Part shown: positions 1 to 9,224 of the stretch, piece by piece
Position numbering within the stretch: the stretch's first letter is position 1
How the letters are laid out: every line of letters begins with the position of its first letter
Assembly (NCBI GenBank): GCA_965205265.1
Contig: CBDBGH010000003.1
Location: 1,184,001 to 1,248,000 of the forward strand
From: Alphaproteobacteria bacterium
GTDB lineage: Bacteria > Pseudomonadota > Alphaproteobacteria > Bin95
Direction of reading: 5' to 3'
Length of the DNA stretch: 64,000 nt
The notes under the pieces: generated by a model
Told to the model about the DNA's origin: nothing
The model's database searches: none
Seen by the model: the letters and a program-made list of their open reading frames with translations, nothing else
Position numbers and translations under genes: made by a program

Positions 1-358
1 CTGGACCGGCGCGCGGGAAGGCCGCCTGATGATCCAGCGCTGCGGCAGGACCGGGCGCTGCTTCCTCTATTCCCGCCGCCTTGCGCCGGGCGCCAGCGAT
101 GACGATATCCGGTGGATCGAGGCGAAGGGAACCGGGACGGTCTATTCCTTCACCGTCTGCCATGCGCCGGCCGGGCCGGCCTTCCGGGACGAGACGCCCT
201 ATGTCGTCGCCTGCGTCGAGCTCGACGAAGGGGCGCGCATCGTGAGCAATCTCGCAACCGGGGACATCGACGCGGTCCGTATCGGCCAGAGGGTCGAGGT
301 GTTCTTCGACAGGGTCTCCGAAGACCTGACGGTCCCGAAGTTCCGCCCGGCGGGCTGA
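1..358 (+). CDS. Zn-ribbon/OB-fold protein (DUF35 family), 5'-truncated by window edge
   Basis: GTGTVYSFTV...PYVVACVELDEGARIVSNL...VRIGQRVEV motif; the frame is open from the window start (WTGAREGRLMIQRC). Confidence 0.85.
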   Translation, partial: WTGAREGRLMIQRCGRTGRCFLYSRRLAPGASDDDIRWIEAKGTGTVYSFTVCHAPAGPAFRDETPYVVACVELDEGARIVSNLATGDIDAVRIGQRVEVFFDRVSEDLTVPKFRPAG

Positions 359-365
359 GGCGCCC

Positions 366-1307
366 GTGCAGAAGCGCTTCTGGCATTATGTAGGGGTTGT
401 TGCCGCGATTGCCGTGTTCGCCGCCGCCGTCTGGGCGCTGACCTGGCAATTGCGCGACCTTCGCTGGGACGACCTCTTCCGTCAGCTCGAAGCGATTCCG
501 CTCCACCGCATCCTGGCCGCGGTGGCCGCGACCTTCGCGGCCTATCTGGTGCTGGCGGCCTACGACCACACCGCCTTTCGCTATATCGGCCGGCGCATGG
601 CGTTCGGCCGGGTCGCGTTCGTCTCCTCCATTTCCTATGCGTTCAGCCACAATCTGGGCTTCGGGGCGCTGACCGGCGGTGCCGTCCGGTTCCGGTTCTA
701 CACGGACTGGGGCGTTCCGCCCGGCGACATCGCCCGCGTCGTCCTCTATGCCGGCATCGTCTATTACCTCTGTGCGCTCTCCGTGGGCGGGCTGCTGACA
801 TTCCCCAATGCGGCCGCGCTCGCGGACGTGCTGGAGCTGGAGCCGGCCCTGGTTCGCACGATCGCGGCCGTGTGGGTGCTGTGCGGCGCGCTCTATGTCG
901 TGTGGTGCCTTTGCGGCAGGCCGGTCGTGCGCGTCGGCGAGCGCGAGGTGACGCCGCCGAAGATCCGCCATGGCCTCATCCAGTTCTGCGTCGGCATCCT
1001 CGAATGGGTGTTCACCAGCGCCGTGCTCTACCTGGTGCTGCCGCCGGATTTCGGCATGCCCTACTGGCATTTCGTCGCCGTCTATGTGCTGGCTTACATG
1101 GCCGGCTATATCAGCCATGTGCCGGGCGGCCTCGGCGTGTTCGAGACCGTGCTGCTGGTGCTGATGCCGGAGACCGTGCCGACCCATGTCGTGGCCGCGG
1201 GCATCATCACCTACCGCGTCATCTACTTCCTCATGCCGCTCGCGCTGGCGCTGGCCCTCTTCGGCGCCTACGAAGCCGCCAAAGGCCGCTTCTCGCGCGG
1301 GGGGTAG
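366..1307 (+). CDS. Lysylphosphatidylglycerol synthase-like transmembrane protein (UPF0104/MprF TM region)
   Basis: Multi-TM protein with GGAVRFRFY, SHVPGGLGVFE and YRVIYFLMP motifs. Confidence 0.8.
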   Translation: MQKRFWHYVGVVAAIAVFAAAVWALTWQLRDLRWDDLFRQLEAIPLHRILAAVAATFAAYLVLAAYDHTAFRYIGRRMAFGRVAFVSSISYAFSHNLGFGALTGGAVRFRFYTDWGVPPGDIARVVLYAGIVYYLCALSVGGLLTFPNAAALADVLELEPALVRTIAAVWVLCGALYVVWCLCGRPVVRVGEREVTPPKIRHGLIQFCVGILEWVFTSAVLYLVLPPDFGMPYWHFVAVYVLAYMAGYISHVPGGLGVFETVLLVLMPETVPTHVVAAGIITYRVIYFLMPLALALALFGAYEAAKGRFSRGG

Positions 1308-1388
1308 GGGGCGTGCCCGCCGCCTTGCAATCCGGGGCGGGGGGCCATAGCGTTCGGAGGAGTTTGACGCGACCCGGGACGCTGCCTC

Positions 1389-2570
1389 ATGGACCTCAAT
1401 TTCGCCCCTGAAGACGAAGCCTTTCGCGACGAGTGCCGTTCCTTCCTGGCGGAGAAGCTGCCGGGCGACGTGGCGCGCAAGGTCGGGCTCGGCATCCAGC
1501 CGACGCTCGACGAGGTGATGGCCTGGCACCGGGAGCTCCACGACAAGGGCTGGATCGCGCCCAACTGGCCGGTCGAATGGGGCGGCCCCGGCTGGACGGT
1601 GACGCAGAAATACATCTGGGACGAGGAGCAGGCGCTCGCCAATGCGCCGCGCCCGATCCCGTTCGGCCTGTCCATGTGCGGGCCGGTGCTGATGGCCTTC
1701 GGCACCGAGGCGCAGAAGCGGGACAACCTGCCGCGCATCCTCTCCGGCGAACGCATCTACTGCCAGGGCTATTCCGAGCCTGGCGCCGGCTCCGACCTCG
1801 CCTCGCTCAAGACGCGCTGCGAGGTGCATGACGACCGGTTCGTCATCAACGGCCAGAAGATCTGGACGACCGCCGCCCACTGGGCGAACTGGATCTTCTG
1901 CCTCGTGCGCACCTCGACGGAAGGCAAGCGGCAGGAGGGCATCTCCTTCGTCCTGATCGACATGGACACGCCCGGCATCGAGGTGAAACCGCTCATCACC
2001 CTCGAGGGCCTGCACGAGGTCAACGAAGTGTTCTTCACCGATGTCGTCGTGCCGCGCGAGAATCTGGTGGGCGAGGTGAACCAGGGCTGGACGATCGCCA
2101 AATACCTGCTGGGCCACGAGCGCATGGGCGGCGGCGCGCTCGGCAGCCAGAAGAACGGCCTGCGCTCGCTCAAGGAGATCGCGGCGGACCGGGGGCTGGA
2201 GGAAGACGCGACCTTCATGCGCAAGGTGGCGGAGGTCGAGATCGAGCTCCAGACGCTTGAGATGCAGATGCTCCGCATGCTCGCCGCCGTCTCGGCGGAC
2301 AAGGAGATCGGCGCGGAAGCCTCGATGATCAAGATCCGCCGGACGGAAATCCAGCAACGCCTCTCCGAGCTCAGGATGGAAGCGGCGGCCTACGACGCCA
2401 ATCCCTACCAGATCGAGGCGATGGAGCACGGCTGGAACGAGGAGCCGGTCGGGCCGGATTACGCCAACGCGCTCGCCGCGAAATATTTCAACGACCGCAA
2501 GCACACGATCTTCGCCGGCTCCAACGAGATCCAGCGCAACATCATCGCGAAGCGGATGCTGGAGCTTTGA
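1389..2570 (+). CDS. Acyl-CoA dehydrogenase
   Basis: CQGYSEPGAGSDLASL, INGQKIWT and TIFAGSNEIQRNII motifs. Confidence 0.95.
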   Translation: MDLNFAPEDEAFRDECRSFLAEKLPGDVARKVGLGIQPTLDEVMAWHRELHDKGWIAPNWPVEWGGPGWTVTQKYIWDEEQALANAPRPIPFGLSMCGPVLMAFGTEAQKRDNLPRILSGERIYCQGYSEPGAGSDLASLKTRCEVHDDRFVINGQKIWTTAAHWANWIFCLVRTSTEGKRQEGISFVLIDMDTPGIEVKPLITLEGLHEVNEVFFTDVVVPRENLVGEVNQGWTIAKYLLGHERMGGGALGSQKNGLRSLKEIAADRGLEEDATFMRKVAEVEIELQTLEMQMLRMLAAVSADKEIGAEASMIKIRRTEIQQRLSELRMEAAAYDANPYQIEAMEHGWNEEPVGPDYANALAAKYFNDRKHTIFAGSNEIQRNIIAKRMLEL

Positions 2571-2589
2571 GCCGGCCCCCGGCCCCTCA

Positions 2590-2677
2590 CGTCATGCCCG
2601 GACTTGTTCCGGGCATCCATACGGCCGCCCGGCGGAAGCGGCGGCGGGAGATACCCGGAACAAGTCCGGGTATGACG
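2590..2677. repeat. REP-like palindromic element, copy 1
   Basis: CGTCATGCCCGGACTTGTTCCGGGCATCCA ... ATACCCGGAACAAGTCCGGGTATGACG; near-identical copies at 4791 and 21749. Confidence 0.85.
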
Positions 2678-2754
2678 CAGGGGGCATCCGGGTATGACGG
2701 GGAGAAGGGCATGACGGAGGTGGCGTTCGGGCATGGCGCCCGAGGCGATCGGCC

Positions 2755-3759
2755 ATGAGCGGCTTGCGGCCCAATCTCGACCTTGAGCGGCTTGCGGACC
2801 GGCATCGGCGGATGCACCGCATCCGCGCTTTCGAGGAGCAGGCCGTCGCCGCGCTGGAGGAAGGGCTGGTGCTGGGCGCCATCCACCCCTCCATCGGGCA
2901 GGAAGCCTGCGCGGTGGGCGCGGTCGGCAGCCTTGCGCGCGAGGACCTGCTGCTGTCCACCCATCGCGGCCACGGCCACACGCTGGAAAAGGGCGCCTCG
3001 GCCGCCGCCATGATGCGCGAGCTGTTCGGGCGCGAAGGCGGCAATTGCGGTGGCAAGGGCGGCTCCATGCACATCGCCGACTTCTCTGTCGGCATGCTGG
3101 GAGCGAACGGCGTCGTCGGCGCCAACATCAACATCGCCGCCGGTGCGGCCCATGCGGTGCGGCTCAAGGGCGAACGGCGGATCGTGTGTTGCATTTTCGG
3201 CGACGGTGCGGTCAATCGCGGGCCGTTCCTGGAGGGGCTGAACTGGGCGCGCGTCTTCGACCTACCGGTGCTGTTCGTCTGCGAGGACAACGCCTTCGCC
3301 GCCACGACGCGGACCGAGGCGATGACCGGCGGCCCCGGCCCGGCGGCGCGCGCCGAGGCGCTCGGCATTCCCTCCCACGCCGCGGACGGCAACGATGTGG
3401 ACCGGATGGCGGAGGTGACGACGGAACTGCGCGAGCGCATCCTCGCGGGCGGCGGGCCGCAATTCCTGTGGGCGAAGACCTGGCGGCTGACGGGCCACAC
3501 GGCCGTGGACAAGGCGGCCTACCGCGATGCCGGGGAAGTGGCGGAGCGCTGGAAGGACGACCCCGTTGCCCGCGCAGCGGAGACCCTGCGCGCGCATGGC
3601 GCCCCGGAGGAAACGCTGTCGGGCCATCGTGAAGCGGCGGTTGCTGAAATGCGGGCGGCGTATGAGGAGGCGAAGGCCGCGCCCTGGCCGGGGACGGCGT
3701 CCCTCTACGCGGACGTGCAGGATGTCGGCGATCCCCGCGAAGCGGCGTTCCGATGGTGA
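2755..3759 (+). CDS. TPP-dependent 2-oxoacid/acetoin dehydrogenase E1 alpha subunit
   Basis: IGQEA, STHRGHGH, GKGGSMH and FGDGA...N TPP-binding motif. Confidence 0.93.
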   Translation: MSGLRPNLDLERLADRHRRMHRIRAFEEQAVAALEEGLVLGAIHPSIGQEACAVGAVGSLAREDLLLSTHRGHGHTLEKGASAAAMMRELFGREGGNCGGKGGSMHIADFSVGMLGANGVVGANINIAAGAAHAVRLKGERRIVCCIFGDGAVNRGPFLEGLNWARVFDLPVLFVCEDNAFAATTRTEAMTGGPGPAARAEALGIPSHAADGNDVDRMAEVTTELRERILAGGGPQFLWAKTWRLTGHTAVDKAAYRDAGEVAERWKDDPVARAAETLRAHGAPEETLSGHREAAVAEMRAAYEEAKAAPWPGTASLYADVQDVGDPREAAFRW

Positions 3760-4721
3760 CGACCACCTATATGGAGGCCGGACGGCGGGCGCTGGCCGAG
3801 GAGATGCGCCGCGACCCGACCGTGTGGGCGCTCGGCGAGGACCTCGGGCGCGGCGGCGTCTTCGGCCAGTATGCCGGCATGGCGGAGGAGTTCGGGCCGC
3901 TCAGGATTTCGGACGCACCGATCTCCGAAGCGGCGATCCTGGGCTCCGCCGTCGGCGCGGCGCTGGCGGGCACGCGCCCGGTTGTCGAGATGCGCTTCGC
4001 CGATTTCGCCCTCTGCGCCGTGGACGAACTGGTGAACCAGGCCGCCAAGGCGCGCTACATGTTCGGCGGGCAGGGCGGCGTGCCGCTGGTCGTGCGCGAG
4101 CCGATGGGCATGTGGCGGTCGTCCGCCGCGCAGCACTCGCAGTCGCTGGAAGCGTGGTATGTGCATATTCCCGGCCTGACGGTCGTTGCGCCTTCGACGC
4201 CCCGGGACAATTTGCGGCTGCTGAAGGCGGCGATCCGCAGCGACGACCCGGTCGTCTACTTGGAGCACAAGGACCTCTGGGGCCTTGAGGAAGAACTCGG
4301 CGAGGACGAACCGCCGGGCAAGCTCGGCAGCGCGCGGGTCGTGCGCGAGGGCAGCGACGCAACCGTGGTCTCCTGGTCCGCCATGGTCCACAACGTCTGT
4401 GAGGCGGCGGGGGTGCTGGCGGAAGAGGGCGTGTCCGTGGAGGCGATCGACCTGCGCACGCTCTGGCCGTGGGATCGCGAAGCGGTGCTGGCCTCGGTGC
4501 GCAAGACCGGGCGGCTGGTCGTGGCGCATGAGGCGGTCTCGGTCGGCGGCTTCGGGGCCGAGGTTGCGGCGACCGTCTCGGAGGCGCTGTTCGGCAGCCT
4601 GAAGGCGCCGGTGAAGCGCCTCGGCGCGCCGCGCGTCCCGATCCCCTACGCCAAACCGCTCGAAGACATGCTGCGCGTGGGGCCGGACGCGATTGCGGCG
4701 GCGGTCCGCGCGCAGCTGTGA
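3753..4721 (+). CDS. TPP-dependent dehydrogenase E1 beta subunit
   Basis: LGEDL, DAPISEAA, AAQHSQSLEAW, DPVVYLEHK and IDLRTLWP motifs; overlaps the alpha gene. Confidence 0.93.
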   Translation: MVTTTYMEAGRRALAEEMRRDPTVWALGEDLGRGGVFGQYAGMAEEFGPLRISDAPISEAAILGSAVGAALAGTRPVVEMRFADFALCAVDELVNQAAKARYMFGGQGGVPLVVREPMGMWRSSAAQHSQSLEAWYVHIPGLTVVAPSTPRDNLRLLKAAIRSDDPVVYLEHKDLWGLEEELGEDEPPGKLGSARVVREGSDATVVSWSAMVHNVCEAAGVLAEEGVSVEAIDLRTLWPWDREAVLASVRKTGRLVVAHEAVSVGGFGAEVAATVSEALFGSLKAPVKRLGAPRVPIPYAKPLEDMLRVGPDAIAAAVRAQL

Positions 4722-4790
4722 GAGACCGTTTGAAAGTTGGCGTCCGGGCGTTTCGGGACAGAGCCGAAGGCGTTGCCCAGACCCCCTTCC

Positions 4791-4877
4791 CGTCATGCCC
4801 GGACTTGTTCCGGGCATCCATACGGCCGCCTGACGGAAGCCGTGGAGAGGGATGCCCGGAACAAGTCCGGGCATGAC
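4791..4877. repeat. REP-like palindromic element, copy 2
   Basis: CGTCATGCCCGGACTTGTTCCGGGCATCC ... GGATGCCCGGAACAAGTCCGGGCATGAC. Confidence 0.85.
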
Positions 4878-4974
4878 CGAGGGGGTATTCGGACTTGACG
4901 GAACCGCGCCGAGCCTTGCCCCGATGCTATTGTCGAGCTGTTCCTGAGCCTTTCTTCCAAGAGGATTTGAAGCG

Positions 4975-5481
4975 ATGACGGATTGGCAGGAGGACCTTTA
5001 CCGGGTCCTGAAGGAGTTCGAGGTCAGCCAGGTGAGCTATGTGCCGGACGCCGGCCACCGGGTGCTGATCGACAGGTCGCTCGCGGACCCGGAGATGCAT
5101 TCCGTGCCGCTCACCACGGAGGAGGAAGGCATCGCCATGCTTGCCGGTGCGCATCTCGGCGGCGCGCGCGGCGTCGCGGCCATGCAGTCCTCCGGCATCG
5201 GCAATTGCGTCAACATGTTCTCGCTGGTGAAGAACGGCCTCTTCCCGATGCTGGTGCTTGTGTCGATGCGCGGCGATTTCGGCGAGGGCAATCCCTGGCA
5301 GATGCCGATGGGGCAGGCGGTCGAGCCGGTGATGGAGGCGATGGGCTTCGTCACCATGCGGATCGACCGGCCCGAGGATGTGGAGGGCGCCATGCGGGCG
5401 GCCTGCACCATGGTGTTCAAGTCGGGGCAGGCGGTGGGCGTTTTGCTCACGCAGAAATTGATTGGCGCCAAAGCGTTTTAG
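4975..5481 (+). CDS. Sulfopyruvate/phosphonopyruvate decarboxylase alpha subunit (ComD-like)
   Basis: YVPDAGH, TTEEEG, MQSSGIGNC and RGDFGEGNPWQ motifs. Confidence 0.8.
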   Translation: MTDWQEDLYRVLKEFEVSQVSYVPDAGHRVLIDRSLADPEMHSVPLTTEEEGIAMLAGAHLGGARGVAAMQSSGIGNCVNMFSLVKNGLFPMLVLVSMRGDFGEGNPWQMPMGQAVEPVMEAMGFVTMRIDRPEDVEGAMRAACTMVFKSGQAVGVLLTQKLIGAKAF

Positions 5482-5497
5482 GTGGGGAGCGGAAGCG

Positions 5498-6124
5498 ATG
5501 AATGAAGCATTCCGGGCCGGGACCGCGGCCGATATGAGCCCCGTCGGCACGCTCGACAGGCGCGAGGCCGTGCCGGCGCTGGTGGGCAATCCGCAGGACT
5601 GGCTGATCGTCGCCGGCCTCGCCGGCACGGCGAAGGACACCGCCGCCATGTGCGAGCCGGAGGCCAACTATTTCGCCTGCGCCGGCGTCATGGGCGGCGC
5701 CGTCGCCATGGGCCTCGGGCTCGCGCTCGCAAGGCCGGACCGCCGCGTTCTGGTGCTGACGGGCGATGGCGAGCTGCTGATGAATGTGGGCTCGCTCGCC
5801 ACCGTCGCGATCCTGAACCCGCCCAACCTCTCCATCGTCTGCGTCGATAACGGCCATTACGGCGAGACCGGCTACCAGAAAAGCCACACCTCGCTCGGCG
5901 TGGACCTTGCCGCCATGGCTTCCGGGGCGGGCATCCCGGCGGTCCGCTCGGTATCCGAAGCAGGCGAGATCGAAGAGGCGGGCCGGCTGCTCCGCGAAGC
6001 CAACGGCGCCTCGTTCGTGCTGCTCAGGATTACCCCGGATGCGCCGCCGCCGGTCATCAGGCGCTCGCTGGACGCGGCGCTTGCGAAGGACCGTTTCCGC
6101 GCGGCGACTCTCCCGGCGGGATGA
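5498..6124 (+). CDS. Sulfopyruvate/phosphonopyruvate decarboxylase beta subunit (ComE-like)
   Basis: GDGELLMN...DNGHYGETG TPP motif; follows the alpha subunit; exact start uncertain. Confidence 0.8.
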   Translation: MNEAFRAGTAADMSPVGTLDRREAVPALVGNPQDWLIVAGLAGTAKDTAAMCEPEANYFACAGVMGGAVAMGLGLALARPDRRVLVLTGDGELLMNVGSLATVAILNPPNLSIVCVDNGHYGETGYQKSHTSLGVDLAAMASGAGIPAVRSVSEAGEIEEAGRLLREANGASFVLLRITPDAPPPVIRRSLDAALAKDRFRAATLPAG

Positions 6125-7068
6125 ACATACTTGTCGTCGGAGGATCGGGGTTCGTCGGCCATGCTATCGTGCGGGCGCTGCTTGCCGAAGGGCGCAGTCT
6201 GTCCCTGCTGAACCGCGGCTCGCGTCCGATCGCGGGCACGGTCCAGCTGACGGCCGACCGGAATGACCCGTCGGCATTGGCGTCCGCCCTCGGGGATCGG
6301 CGCTTCGACGCGGTCGTGGACACGAATTGCTACACCCCGCAGCAGGCCGGGATGCTGGTGGAGGCGCTGGGCGGTCGCGTGGCGACCGCAGCGGTGATAT
6401 CGAGCGTTGCGGTCTATGCCGACAATGTCCGTCAGCCCCCGACCGAAACCGAACCCACCGGCGGCGCGGCTGCATGGGCGGGTTACGGGCGCGACAAGAC
6501 CGAGGTCGAGCATGTCTATGCCGCTGCCGGCTTTGCGGCCGCCACGGCGTTGCGTCCGCCCTATATCTGCGGACCGAACAACAATCTCGACCGGGAAACG
6601 TGGTTCTTCCGCCGGATACTCGCCGGCCGGCCCGTGCTCGTGCCGGGATCCGGGAGCGCCTGGTGCCAGTTCGTGCATGAGGACGACCTAGGCGCGGCCG
6701 TATGCGCATGGCTGCGTCGCGCCGCCGAAGGCTTTCGCGCCTTCAATGTCGCCGACCCCGAGATGATCGCCTCGGCGGAGCTGGTGCGCAGGCTCGCCAG
6801 GGCAGCGGGCCGCGAGGCCGATGTCCGATGCGTCGGGACCGCCAGCGGCGGTGCGCAGGCGAGGGACTGGTTCCCGTTCCATAATGTGCATTGCACGGGC
6901 GACCCGACCGCATTTTCCGAAGCGTTCTCATGGGCGCCGGCGGCCGACCTCGACACGAGGTTTGCCGAGATTTTCAGGCAGTTGTCGGAGACGGGCCGGA
7001 TACCCGCCGACGACTGGACGCCGCTTGAAGAGCGCATTCTGGCCGGTCTGGACGAGAATGCGGGATAG
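6121..7068 (+). CDS. NAD-dependent epimerase/dehydratase family protein
   Basis: GGSGFVG Rossmann motif, YGRDK and LRPPYICGP; ATGA overlap with the upstream gene. Confidence 0.85.
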   Translation: MNILVVGGSGFVGHAIVRALLAEGRSLSLLNRGSRPIAGTVQLTADRNDPSALASALGDRRFDAVVDTNCYTPQQAGMLVEALGGRVATAAVISSVAVYADNVRQPPTETEPTGGAAAWAGYGRDKTEVEHVYAAAGFAAATALRPPYICGPNNNLDRETWFFRRILAGRPVLVPGSGSAWCQFVHEDDLGAAVCAWLRRAAEGFRAFNVADPEMIASAELVRRLARAAGREADVRCVGTASGGAQARDWFPFHNVHCTGDPTAFSEAFSWAPAADLDTRFAEIFRQLSETGRIPADDWTPLEERILAGLDENAG

Positions 7069-7112
7069 CGGCATGGTGCCGCGCAGACCGTGAATTGTGC
7101 CGGGAATCCGGG

Positions 7113-9200
7113 TCAGGGGTCGTTGGACAGATCAGGCGGCGCTGCGCGCGGCGGTGCGGGTACGGAAACGCGCCCGGTGACTTTCGGGCGAAAGGCGGGA
7201 GAGGTCCTGCCGGAGGAGAAGCCGGGGATGGGCCGCACGGGCGCGCCTTCATGCGCCGCCGCCATGAAATCGCGCCAGATGCGCGCCGGCAGGCCGCCGC
7301 CGGTCACCTCGTCCATCGGCGCGCCGTCGTCATTGCCGACCCACACGCCGGCGACCAGGTTGCCGGTGAAGCCGATGAAGAAGGCGTCGCGGAAGGACTG
7401 GCTGGTGCCCGTCTTGCCGGCGGCCGGCCGGCCGGCGAGCCGGGCGGCCCTGCCGGTGCCCTCGTTCACCGCGGCGGACAGCAGGTCGTTCATGGACGCC
7501 ACCACGCCGGGCGCCACGGCCTCGCCCGCGCCGGTGCCGGCCCGCTCGAACACGCCCTCGATCTCCCGAACGCCGTAGGGGATCACGCCTGCGCCGCCAT
7601 TGGCGAAGGTGGCGTAGGCGCCGGTCAGCTCGATCAGCCGCACCGCGCTCGAGCCGAGCGCAATGGTGAGATCGGGCGCGAGGTCCGATGTAATGCCGAG
7701 GCGTCGCGCCGCTTCGGCGACGCGGGCGCGTCCGGCGCGGTCCGCGAGGCGGACGGCGGCGGCATTCAGCGATTGCGCGAAGGCCTCCCGCATGGCGATC
7801 GAGCCCCGGAACCGCCCGTCGAAGTTCCGGGGGGCCCATCCACCCACATTCACGCGGGCGTCGGTCACGGTGCTGTCCGGACTCAGGCCCCGCTCCAGCG
7901 CCGCCATATAGACGAACAGCTTGAAAGCCGAGCCCGGCTGGCGGAGCGCCTGCGTCGCGCGGTTGAACTGGCTGGCGCCGTAGTCCCTGCCGCCGACCAT
8001 GGCCCGCACCGCGCCATCCGGCGACATGGCGACAAGGGCGGCCTGGGACGGGTTCGTCCTGCCCGCCAGCGCTGCGGCGACCGTTTCCGCCGCGAGGCGT
8101 TGCAGGCCGGGATCGAAGGTCGTGGCGATACGGAGGTCCCGGTCCACCAGCCCCAGGCGCCGGTTCACCTGCGCCAGCACCCAGTCGGCGAAATAGCCCC
8201 GCCCGTCCGGTTCCGTTGCGGTCCGCAATGTCGAGGCGGCCGTCCGCGCGGCTTGCTCGGGCGAAATGAAGCCGACGCTTGCCATCGCCTTCAGCACAAG
8301 GCGCCCCCGCTCCGCCGCGCCGCCCGGATTGGCGGCAGGCGACAAGCGGCTCGGCGCTTTCAGCAGGCCGGCAAGCACGGCGGCCTCCCAGAGATCGACT
8401 TCGGCCGCCGGCTTGGAGAAGAAGCGCCGTGCGGCGGCGTCGATGCCGTAGGCTCCGGAACCGAAATACACCCGGTTCAGATACAGCGAGATTATGTGGT
8501 CCTTGTCGTAGCGCCACTCCAGCCAGAAGGCGAGCAGGGCCTCGCGGATTTTCCGCTCGATAGACCGCTCGGGCGTCAGGAAGATGTTTTTGGCAAGCTG
8601 CTGAGTGATCGTGCTGCCGCCCTGGCGCACTCTTCCCTCGACGATGTTGACCCAGAGAGCCCGGACAAGGCCGATCAGATCGATACCGCTATGGTCGTAA
8701 AAGCGCCGGTCCTCGATTGCGATAACCGCGCGCGGCACGTAGTCGGGCAGTTCGGCCGCATTTACCGGGTCGCCGTAAAGATCGCCCTTGGCGAGGAGGG
8801 GATTACCGGCCGCATCGTTGAGAAAAATACCGGGGCGCCGACCGCTTTCCGCGGCCTGTTCGACATCGGGCAGGGTGTAGGAAAAGTAGGCGAGCGCCGC
8901 GATCAGCGCGACCAGGCCCCAGACAAAGGCGACCGCCGTCCCGGAGACGAGGCGCCGCAGAAGGGACCGGCGCGCGCCGCCCGTCTTTCTTGTCCGGCGT
9001 CCGGTCCGGCTCGACGATTTCCGTTTGGGCGCCACATTCCCGGGCCGTTTGTTCCCGAGCGTTCTAGCCGGCGAATGTGGCGATTCCGGGGCCGGCCCGG
9101 ATTTGCCGCCCGACCCTTTGCGCAGGCTCGGACCGCCCCGGCGCCGCTGCCCCGTTCCTTTCCTGCCCGTCCTGTCGCCCTGGCGCGCCATGGGCGTCAT
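7113..9200 (-). CDS. Class A penicillin-binding protein (PBP1A-like transglycosylase/transpeptidase)
   Basis: EDRRFYDH, QGGSTITQQLAKN, YLNRVYFG, QPGSAFK (SxxK), SLN and GKTGT motifs. Confidence 0.95.
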   Translation of the reverse strand: MTPMARQGDRTGRKGTGQRRRGGPSLRKGSGGKSGPAPESPHSPARTLGNKRPGNVAPKRKSSSRTGRRTRKTGGARRSLLRRLVSGTAVAFVWGLVALIAALAYFSYTLPDVEQAAESGRRPGIFLNDAAGNPLLAKGDLYGDPVNAAELPDYVPRAVIAIEDRRFYDHSGIDLIGLVRALWVNIVEGRVRQGGSTITQQLAKNIFLTPERSIERKIREALLAFWLEWRYDKDHIISLYLNRVYFGSGAYGIDAAARRFFSKPAAEVDLWEAAVLAGLLKAPSRLSPAANPGGAAERGRLVLKAMASVGFISPEQAARTAASTLRTATEPDGRGYFADWVLAQVNRRLGLVDRDLRIATTFDPGLQRLAAETVAAALAGRTNPSQAALVAMSPDGAVRAMVGGRDYGASQFNRATQALRQPGSAFKLFVYMAALERGLSPDSTVTDARVNVGGWAPRNFDGRFRGSIAMREAFAQSLNAAAVRLADRAGRARVAEAARRLGITSDLAPDLTIALGSSAVRLIELTGAYATFANGGAGVIPYGVREIEGVFERAGTGAGEAVAPGVVASMNDLLSAAVNEGTGRAARLAGRPAAGKTGTSQSFRDAFFIGFTGNLVAGVWVGNDDGAPMDEVTGGGLPARIWRDFMAAAHEGAPVRPIPGFSSGRTSPAFRPKVTGRVSVPAPPRAAPPDLSNDP

Positions 9201-9224
9201 ATAGGCCCAAGGTCCGGGCTATTT

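Noticed and set aside
150-2504. Very long antisense or alternate-frame ORFs (also 7095-10493, 41862-44654, 46449-48986, 54926-57430, and the N-terminal extensions of 29932-33180 and 30802-34515)
   Set aside because: They overlap well-supported genes and are Arg/Ala/Gly/Pro-rich with no motifs, as expected for shadow ORFs in high-GC DNA
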